A DNA stretch of 64,000 nt from Planctomycetota bacterium (lineage in GTDB: Bacteria > Planctomycetota > B15-G4): assembly GCA_965248575.1 (NCBI GenBank), contig CBDFJQ010000002.1:1216001-1280000 (forward strand), written 5' to 3'. The notes under the pieces were generated by a model that saw only the letters and a list, made by a program, of their open reading frames with translations, made no database searches and was not told the origin of the DNA. The position numbers and the translations under genes were made by a program. Positions 42,308 to 49,695 of this stretch are shown piece after piece. Each line of letters opens with the position of its first letter. The stretch's first letter is position 1.

Positions 42308-44608
42308 ATGCACGTCCTGTTGCTCGCCGTGACCCTGCTCGTCGCCCCGCCTGTTTTCGACGATCTGATCGCGGACCTCGATGACGTCCTCTTCCAACTT
42401 GCGGACGCCGAGGGAGCCGAGACCTGGGACCTGGCACGGGAACTCCGTGACGCAGCACGCACGGACACGATCCGCTCGGTGCCCCACCTCCAGGAGGCTG
42501 CGGTGGGAGCAGCCCCCTCGGTGGAGCTCGTGATCGCGCGCACGCTGCTCGACGTCGATGCGCCCAGGGAGGCTGCCAGCATCCTGCTCAGCATGCTGGA
42601 GGGGCCGCTGGCAGAAGCGAGCCTGGCGATCCTGGCCCACAAGTCCTTCAAGGATGTCGGTTCGGTTGCGGAGAGCCTCGAGGGGCTCAGCCGGGAGGAG
42701 CTGCCCCCGCTGCTCGCCGTGGCCACAGCTCGCACGCTCTACAAGGTCAGCCGTCGGGCCGCGGCGCGGACAGGCGCCCGGCGCGAGCTCTTGCGCGCGC
42801 TCGAAAGTGATGACGCAGATCTTCGGGCCGAGGCCGCGCTGGCCCTGGCGGAGATCAACGACTTCGAGTCCGCGCGCCCCCTGCTCCGCACCCTGACCCA
42901 GGACCCCGGTCGTCGGGGGCAACTGGCGCGGGCCTATCTCGAGACCGACTTCCAGATCGACTACTACACACGCCAGCTCTACAAGCAGGCCGAACAGATC
43001 TCCGTCAGTGATGTCACGAGCAATCGCCCTCTCGACAAGGAGACCGTCGGGTCGGGGCCGGGCAGCCTCGACGTGCTGGAGGAGCTCATCGAGCGCGTCC
43101 AGAACTACCACCTGCTCGGCGAAGAACTGAAAGGCACCGAAGGTCGTGAACGCCTCGTGACGGCCGCCGCCAAGGGCATGCTGCAGACCCTCGACCTGCA
43201 CTCCACCTACTTCTCCAGCGCAGAGTTCGAGCGCTGGATCCTCGACCTGCGCCGCCACTATGCGGGCATCGGCGCGTATGTCGACACCGTCGACAATGTG
43301 TTCACCATCACGCGCCCCATCTACTCGGGCCCGGCCTACGGCGCGGGCCTCGTCTCCGGCGACCAGATCCTGAAGGTCGATGGGTGGGACACCTACAACG
43401 AGAACAACGACGACATCATCCGCCGGCTCAAGGGCGAACCCGGTACCGAGGTCACCATCTCCGTCTACCGCGAAGGCTGGCAGAAGGCGCGGGAATTCGT
43501 GATCGAGCGCCGCGTGATCGACATCGCGTCGGTCAACTGGGACATGCTGCCTGGCGACATCGGTTACGTGGAGGTCCTGGGCTTTGCTCAGGACACGACC
43601 GTCGAGATGATCAAGGCTCTCAGGGAGCTCGAGAGCAAGCAGATGAAAGGCTTGATCCTCGACCTCCGCAACAACAGCGGCGGCTACCTCGACGAAGCCG
43701 TCAACATGTGCTCGATGGTGCTGCCCCCGGGCGAGGAAGTCGTCTACACCGAGGGGCGAGGCGTGCGGAGGCAGAGCTACCCCTCAACCTCCCTGCCCGG
43801 CTACTCCAAGCCCTACACCGGCCCCATGATCGTGTTGGTGAATTCGCGCAGCGCCAGTGCCAGCGAGATCGTCTCCGGCTGCCTTCAGGAGGCACAGCGA
43901 GCGCTCGTGGTCGGTGACAAGACCTTCGGCAAGGGATCGGTGCAGCAGGCCTTCCCCTTGGACACCCGGCCCGGTGACGAACTGCGGACGGATGCCAACC
44001 ACAACCAGGCCTACGACCCGGGCGACACGTACCGCGACATCGATGGGGATGGCAAATACACCTACCCCGTGAACGTGAAGATCACCAACGCTCGCTACTA
44101 CCTTGCGAGCGGCAAGTCACTGCACACCGAGCGCGACCTGGATGGGCGCATCGTGAAGGACGGCGGTGTCGAGCCCGACGTGGAGATCGAGTTCAGTGCT
44201 CTCGCAGGCTGGGAGAACCACGAGCTGGCGGAGCTCTTCGATCGCCTGGATGGGGAAGACCCCTTCCAAGAGTACGTGCGCGAGCGTTTCGACGCTCACC
44301 GCCCGCTGTTTCACGAGCTGGCCTTTGGCGACAACCACGACACCGGCCGCTATCCGGAGTTCGAGGCCTTTCGCGATGGCCTCGAGACCCCCCTCTCTGA
44401 CAACACCCTGCGGCTCGTGCTTCGGGCTCGTGTGCGCGATCGCGTGGCCGATGACCTGGGCAAGGTGTTCCCTGGCGGCGTGATCTACGGCGACTGGCAG
44501 GAAGACAACCAGCTGCAGGCGGCCATCTCGGTCCTGGCACGGGAGATGGCGCTGGATCTCACGGCCTTTGAGGCCTACGACGACTTCGAGAGTGCGCCCC
44601 CGCGCTAG
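42308..44608 (+). CDS. S41 C-terminal processing protease (CtpA/Prc family) with N-terminal HEAT-like domain and PDZ
   Basis: Signal peptide; YAGIG PDZ motif, LILDLRNNSGGYL, SASASEIV (Ser), GDKTFGKGSVQ (Lys), GVEPDV; RBS AGGAG upstream. Confidence 0.92.
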   Translation: MHVLLLAVTLLVAPPVFDDLIADLDDVLFQLADAEGAETWDLARELRDAARTDTIRSVPHLQEAAVGAAPSVELVIARTLLDVDAPREAASILLSMLEGPLAEASLAILAHKSFKDVGSVAESLEGLSREELPPLLAVATARTLYKVSRRAAARTGARRELLRALESDDADLRAEAALALAEINDFESARPLLRTLTQDPGRRGQLARAYLETDFQIDYYTRQLYKQAEQISVSDVTSNRPLDKETVGSGPGSLDVLEELIERVQNYHLLGEELKGTEGRERLVTAAAKGMLQTLDLHSTYFSSAEFERWILDLRRHYAGIGAYVDTVDNVFTITRPIYSGPAYGAGLVSGDQILKVDGWDTYNENNDDIIRRLKGEPGTEVTISVYREGWQKAREFVIERRVIDIASVNWDMLPGDIGYVEVLGFAQDTTVEMIKALRELESKQMKGLILDLRNNSGGYLDEAVNMCSMVLPPGEEVVYTEGRGVRRQSYPSTSLPGYSKPYTGPMIVLVNSRSASASEIVSGCLQEAQRALVVGDKTFGKGSVQQAFPLDTRPGDELRTDANHNQAYDPGDTYRDIDGDGKYTYPVNVKITNARYYLASGKSLHTERDLDGRIVKDGGVEPDVEIEFSALAGWENHELAELFDRLDGEDPFQEYVRERFDAHRPLFHELAFGDNHDTGRYPEFEAFRDGLETPLSDNTLRLVLRARVRDRVADDLGKVFPGGVIYGDWQEDNQLQAAISVLAREMALDLTAFEAYDDFESAPPR

Positions 44609-44667
44609 CAGGGCCGCCGAACCATCGTCCGTCTGCTGGCTCCCCTCGTCGGTGCGAGGGTGCGGCC

Positions 44668-45876
44668 CTAGCCAACAGTCTCGTCTTCCAGGTCGGCGTC
44701 GATGTTGTCCGCTGATTCGGCCCATTCGCGATAGAAGGGCAGCACGAGTTCGCGCCAGAGGACCTTGCAGACCAAGGCGAGGGGGACGGCGACCAGGACG
44801 CCCAGGGTTCCGAGCAGCGCGCCGCCAGCGAGCAGGACCACGACCATGGCGACGGGATGCAGTCCCGTCTCGCGGCCGAGCAGCAAGGGGAAGAGCACGG
44901 CCCCTTCGATGGCCTCCGCTGCGCCGAACAGGGCGAGCAGCCAGAGCAGGCTGTCGGATCCCCCACCGGGCATCGTGAGCGCAATCACCGATGCAGGCAC
45001 CACGCCCACCAGGAAGCCCAGGAAGGGCACCAGGGACAGGAGGCCCGACACGAGGGCGATGGGCAGCGCGAAGTCGATCCCCAGGGTGAGCATGCCTGCG
45101 AAGAGGATCGCAGCCTTGACCATGCCGCAGGCCAAGCGCCCGCGCAGGAAGGCGACCTGCTCCTTGCCGATGTCCCGAGCGATGCGATTGACCTGCTCGC
45201 GGTAGCGAATCGGCACGAGGTCGTGCAGCGCCCGCGACATGGACGGATACTCGACCAGGAAGAAGAACAGGTAGAACGGAACCAGCACGAGCAGGGTCAG
45301 CAGCTGGAAGAAGCCACCGGCCCACGAGGCGAGGCGGTCCAGCCCCGTGGCCATCATCGACGTGGCCGGGACCCACATCCGCTCCAGCAGGTCCAGGGCG
45401 CTGTTGCCCAACTCGTCCACGACCCCACCCCAGACGCCGTGGGCGAAGCGCGTACGCTGCTCGTCAATCCACTGGCGCAGGGCCACGAGGGCTCCGCCGT
45501 CCCACTCGCCATCGCCGTTGCGATCGTCGAACTCGTCCTGACCGTTGGGGCCGTCGGCCAGGTTGATCAGGTTGTTCCCGTCATAGTCCGCGTGGAACTG
45601 CTCGCCCCTCAAGACGTCCACGAGCTGGGTGAACTGGGTGGAGATGGCAGCCGTCGTCAGCGCGGCACCGATCAGGATCACGACGTACAGCAGGCTCACC
45701 GTGACCACCCGCGGGAAGCGGAAACGCGCCGCCGCCTCCACCACCGGGTTGAGGATCACCGCCAGGAGGGCCGCCATGAAGACGGGACTCAGGACGGGTG
45801 AGAGGTTGGACGCCAGGAACAGCGCCACCACCACAGCGACGACGGGAAACGCGATCCGGCGGTACCGGATGCTCAT
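44668..45876 (-). CDS. AI-2E (PerM/UPF0118) family transporter
   Basis: LAVILNPVVE, VPFYLFFFL, FLRGRL, LVPFLG, LLGRETGLHPVA, GTLGVLVAVPL; ATGA overlap. Confidence 0.9.
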   Translation of the reverse strand: MSIRYRRIAFPVVAVVVALFLASNLSPVLSPVFMAALLAVILNPVVEAAARFRFPRVVTVSLLYVVILIGAALTTAAISTQFTQLVDVLRGEQFHADYDGNNLINLADGPNGQDEFDDRNGDGEWDGGALVALRQWIDEQRTRFAHGVWGGVVDELGNSALDLLERMWVPATSMMATGLDRLASWAGGFFQLLTLLVLVPFYLFFFLVEYPSMSRALHDLVPIRYREQVNRIARDIGKEQVAFLRGRLACGMVKAAILFAGMLTLGIDFALPIALVSGLLSLVPFLGFLVGVVPASVIALTMPGGGSDSLLWLLALFGAAEAIEGAVLFPLLLGRETGLHPVAMVVVLLAGGALLGTLGVLVAVPLALVCKVLWRELVLPFYREWAESADNIDADLEDETVG

Positions 45877-46277
45877 TCCACGTGCAGGGCTGCGCTGCGT
45901 GCCTTGTCGAAGGCCTCCCGGAAGTTGAAGCCGTTCCGGAAGTCGCTCTTGCGATCCGTCTCCTGCTTGTTGAGCAGACGGCACTCCACCAAGCCGAACA
46001 CGATTTCACCGAAGTCTTCGGTGCGGTAAATCCCCCAGTGCTCCAGCACAAGGCGTGCGAGGGGCCCGTAGAGCTCCAGCGCGAAGCCCCGCAGCCCTTC
46101 CAGCAGTTCGATGGCCGAGACATGCGGATCCTCACCCGTCTCGTCCTGCTGCGCCGCCTGGCGGTCCAGGACGAAGTCCAGGGCCCGGAAGACGAAATGG
46201 TAGGCATCCGCCTTGTAGCGTCGGTCTGCAGCCGCAAGGGCAGAGATGCGTTCGTCGAGAGTGAGGGTCTGGCTCAT
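45873..46277 (-). CDS. Minf_1886/TIGR04138-like conserved PVC protein
   Basis: DRRYKADAYHFV, HVSAIELLEG, YGPLARLVLEHWGIYRTEDFGEIVFGLV; family recognised from memory. Confidence 0.8.
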   Translation of the reverse strand: MSQTLTLDERISALAAADRRYKADAYHFVFRALDFVLDRQAAQQDETGEDPHVSAIELLEGLRGFALELYGPLARLVLEHWGIYRTEDFGEIVFGLVECRLLNKQETDRKSDFRNGFNFREAFDKARSAALHVE

Positions 46278-46363
46278 GGGACGACCGGAAGGGGAGACGT
46301 GCCGTGTTCCCGCGAACGGGTACAGCGACTATCGGTCGGTCTTGCGGCCAGCTTGACCGCCCC

Positions 46364-47365
46364 CTAGGTATAGCGCTTTGGTGAGGCCGGACCCCCCACC
46401 CCTTCGTGTGCGATTTCGTGGCCCAGAGCGACCCATGTCACATGGGCTGGAACATGTCGACGAAAGTCCGCTGTGGCCTCCAAAACGGCCTCTTCGGCCG
46501 CAAGCAGGGTCTCCGTTGCCGGGAAGGCAGCGGCATCGACAACGGCCGTTGTACGCACGCCCTCAGGTGCGCCGCCGCCCTGCAGGAAAGCCAGGTCACG
46601 CAGCCGCTGATGCATCACCCGCAACGCCAACCGGCGGTGCAGATCCTCGTCGGCATCCTCGCCTTCCGTAAGCTCCTGGACCGTCCGCGCGAAGCTGGTG
46701 GGAAGCACCTGAGACTGCAGGAGCAGGTCGAACGCCTCAACCAGGCCGGCGACATCGAGCCCCTGGAAGCGCTCGGCGTCGCGCCCCGTCCCCAGGATCT
46801 GCCCCGAGAGGTCCGCGTCTTCGAAGAGCCTGATCTCCTGGCAGCGGGAGCGCACCGTCTCCAGCAAGCCCTCTTCGCGCCCCGTCACCAACACCAACAG
46901 GCTTCCAGAAGGAGGCTCCTCGAGTGTCTTCAGGAGCGCGTTCTGGGCTTCCTCGTTCATGTCGTCCGCGTCTTGCAGGATGACCGCACGGCCGCCCCCT
47001 TCCACCGCACGCAACGCCAGACCCGGCAGCACCCCGCGTCGCACCTGATCCACAGTCAGCTCGTGCTTCGAGCCCCATCCGTCAGGGTCCTGCTCAGGGC
47101 TCGGGTTCTTGCACACATGGATCAGGTCCGGGTGATTCCGGGTGCTCACCTTGCGGCAGCTTGAGCAGCTCCTGCAGGGCGCGTCCGGCCCCTTGCACCA
47201 ACGCATCTGGATGAGCCATTCGGCGAAGGCCGCCTTGCCCACCCCTTCCTCGCCAGTCAGCATCAGCGCGTGCGGCAAGCGCCCGCTTCGATGTGCCGCC
47301 CTGAGCGCGCTGCGCGCTGCCGTGTGGTCGGACGCCTCCCGCTGTGCAGGCTCACTCATGTTCAT
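46364..47365 (-). CDS. holB: DNA polymerase III delta' subunit
   Basis: GRLPHALMLTGEEGVGK, Zn motif C...PCRSCSSC, NHPDL, MNEEAQNALLKTLEEP, TVRSRC; follows tmk. Confidence 0.92.
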   Translation of the reverse strand: MNMSEPAQREASDHTAARSALRAAHRSGRLPHALMLTGEEGVGKAAFAEWLIQMRWCKGPDAPCRSCSSCRKVSTRNHPDLIHVCKNPSPEQDPDGWGSKHELTVDQVRRGVLPGLALRAVEGGGRAVILQDADDMNEEAQNALLKTLEEPPSGSLLVLVTGREEGLLETVRSRCQEIRLFEDADLSGQILGTGRDAERFQGLDVAGLVEAFDLLLQSQVLPTSFARTVQELTEGEDADEDLHRRLALRVMHQRLRDLAFLQGGGAPEGVRTTAVVDAAAFPATETLLAAEEAVLEATADFRRHVPAHVTWVALGHEIAHEGVGGPASPKRYT

Positions 47366-48029
47366 GAGCGCCCTGCCTCGCGGCACCCGGGAGCATGGGC
47401 AGCAGAACGGCATCGACGTCTCGGCCGAGCAGATCGATCTCCGCCCGACCATCCAGCACGACGAAGCCGTCGGGTGCCGCGGCGGCGAAGCGGAGATAGG
47501 ACGCTCGCACCCGCTCGAAGTACTCCCGGCTCCGCGCCTCGATGCGATCGGGCCCTTCGGCCTGCCCCGCGTTCAATCGCTCAACGGCAACTTCGACAGG
47601 GATGTCGAGCAGCACGATGCAAGCTGGCTCCACACCGCGCGTGGCGACGCGGGCCAGCTGGAGGATCAGCGCCTCGTCCACATCCAGGCCGGCGCCCTGA
47701 TAGGCAACGGTCGAGTAGTGGGTCCGATCCAGGACGACCAGCTCGCCTCGCGCCAAAGCGGGCAACACGCGCTGGGCGTAGAGCTCCGCGCGCGAAGCCA
47801 TGTACAGCAAGGTCTCGGAGAGCGGATCCATCTCCTCCCCGTGCAGCAGGAGATCCCGCACGCGCTCGCCGAACTCGGTCCCGCCCGGCTCCCTCAGCAG
47901 GTGGACGACTCGCTCGGCGTCACGGGCCTTCAGTCGCTCCACGAAGCGGCTGGCCTGGGTGCTCTTGCCGCATCCATCAATGCCCTCGAACGCGAGGAGC
48001 AAGCCCCCTGCCCGAACGTCGGCTACCAC
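47352..48029 (-). CDS. tmk: Thymidylate kinase
   Basis: FEGIDGCGKSTQ, REPGGT, LYMASRAE, LDRTHYSTVAYQG, DRIE. Confidence 0.96.
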   Translation of the reverse strand: MVADVRAGGLLLAFEGIDGCGKSTQASRFVERLKARDAERVVHLLREPGGTEFGERVRDLLLHGEEMDPLSETLLYMASRAELYAQRVLPALARGELVVLDRTHYSTVAYQGAGLDVDEALILQLARVATRGVEPACIVLLDIPVEVAVERLNAGQAEGPDRIEARSREYFERVRASYLRFAAAAPDGFVVLDGRAEIDLLGRDVDAVLLPMLPGAARQGAHEHE

Positions 48030-49495
48030 TCGAAGTCCCGTTGGGCGCCCGCAAGCCGGGCCTGAAGCACGTGGATGAGTTTCTCGTAGGCCGGATCGGC
48101 AGCTCGGCGTCGGTCCACCGCACGCCGGGCGTAGGCCACGATGGATGGCGACTTCAGCCGCAGCGAGCGACAGATCTGCCGGGCGGACAGTCCCAGGCTA
48201 CGGCTGGCGAGATAGACGCACAGGTGACGCATCATGGCCACGTCCCGGGACTTCTCGCTGGAGCGCAGGCGATCCGGGCACAGCCCGGTCTCCTCGCACA
48301 CCATGTCGACCAGGAGGGTGATGGAGCCCGCTCCGCGTCCTACCCGTACCAGGCGGGCCTCCACGTCGTCCAGCTGCACCACGGCCGCCGGGGAACGCCC
48401 CACCGCCTTCTTGCTGCGATCCCTGGCAGCTGCGCCTGAATCCTCGAGCAGGGCGGCTGCTTCGCTCAATGTTCCCGGACAACGCTCGGCCACTGCCTCG
48501 AGGGCTTTCGATTGCACCTGCACAGGCAAGCGCTCAACGACGGAGCGCAGGACCCGGGCGCGATCTGCGCCATCCGGCTGCAGCATCTCGACCACCAGGC
48601 CGCCCTCGAAGTGCGAACGCAGGTGATCGCCCAGCCCATGGATCATGCCGGGCGCGTGTCGCGACAGCACCAGCACCCGACCACCTCGAGCCAGGATCGG
48701 GCTGATCAAGCTCACGGCAACCTTCTGGGCAGTCTGCTGGCCCCGCAAGCGATGGGCTTCATCGAGCACGATGGTGTCGTGCGCAGCCCAGCTGCGCTGG
48801 ATGGAACCGAACGTCCGGGCCCGTGTCGCGCGCCGAACATCTCGCCCCAAAGACTCCCCCGACAACACCAGGGGATTGCAGTCGGGGTCGTTCGCCAGCA
48901 GGCCGCGCAGAGCGGCCCCCGCGAGGGCCGTCTTGCCGCAACCATGCGGCCCATGAATGAACAGCGGATTGAAGTCCCGCCCGCTGGATTGCACGAAAGC
49001 ATCCACGGCCTTGGCAGCCAACTCGTTGGCCGCCGTGCGCACGAACTCGGCGGGCCCGGCCAGGGCAACGGGGTCCCGACGGTCTCGTTTGAGCCGACGG
49101 GCCGCTTCGGCGTCGGCCGCCTGCACGTCCTTGGACTTGGAGCCGACCGCGGGCGCCTTGTCCTGATCCTGATCCTGATCCAGGACCTCGTCCGATGGCG
49201 CCGCGCTTCCGTCTGTGATCGATGCGCCCTCCGGATCGGAGGCGCTGGTTGCAACGCGAATGCGCAAGCGCACGTGGCTGCCCGTGATCTCCCGGAAGAT
49301 GGACTCGATGTCCTCCCGGTAGCAGTTGTCGATCGCCTCCTTCTTGGAGGCGTCCTTCACATCCAGGGTGAACAACCCCCGCCGAAAGGAGTAGGGCTCC
49401 GCATCTTCGAGCCACAGTTCCCTGACTTGGTGTCCGCGCAAGCGACCGAACTCTTCGGTGACCACGGACCAGATCTGTTGCTCGGGGATCGTCAT
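48023..49495 (-). CDS. Divergent DnaA paralogue (domains I-IV recognisable, key residues substituted)
   Basis: N-terminal W...LWL domain I, acidic linker, FNPLFIHGPHGCGKT Walker A, VLDEAH Walker B, LRSHFEGGL, domain IV RHLCVYLA...LSARQI. Confidence 0.85.
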   Translation of the reverse strand: MTIPEQQIWSVVTEEFGRLRGHQVRELWLEDAEPYSFRRGLFTLDVKDASKKEAIDNCYREDIESIFREITGSHVRLRIRVATSASDPEGASITDGSAAPSDEVLDQDQDQDKAPAVGSKSKDVQAADAEAARRLKRDRRDPVALAGPAEFVRTAANELAAKAVDAFVQSSGRDFNPLFIHGPHGCGKTALAGAALRGLLANDPDCNPLVLSGESLGRDVRRATRARTFGSIQRSWAAHDTIVLDEAHRLRGQQTAQKVAVSLISPILARGGRVLVLSRHAPGMIHGLGDHLRSHFEGGLVVEMLQPDGADRARVLRSVVERLPVQVQSKALEAVAERCPGTLSEAAALLEDSGAAARDRSKKAVGRSPAAVVQLDDVEARLVRVGRGAGSITLLVDMVCEETGLCPDRLRSSEKSRDVAMMRHLCVYLASRSLGLSARQICRSLRLKSPSIVAYARRAVDRRRAADPAYEKLIHVLQARLAGAQRDFEW

Positions 49496-49695
49496 GTGCG
49501 GATCGACCCTAGCACTGCCTCGCGCGATCACGCAACCGGTCACCCAAAGAGGCGAAATGCGAGAAGTCGAGCAAACTCTTGACACGTCCAGAGAGCCTGC
49601 TCCTCACGGACAACTTCCCCGCAAAAAGGCACAACACGACGCGCATTGGAAGAACTGCTGCGAGCGCTTGACGAATCCGACTTCCGTTTGGTTCG

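Noticed and set aside
49496..49695. Possible oriC upstream of the DnaA-like gene
   Set aside because: Only about 200 bp, no TTATCCACA-like box close to consensus seen, and no clear AT-rich unwinding element.
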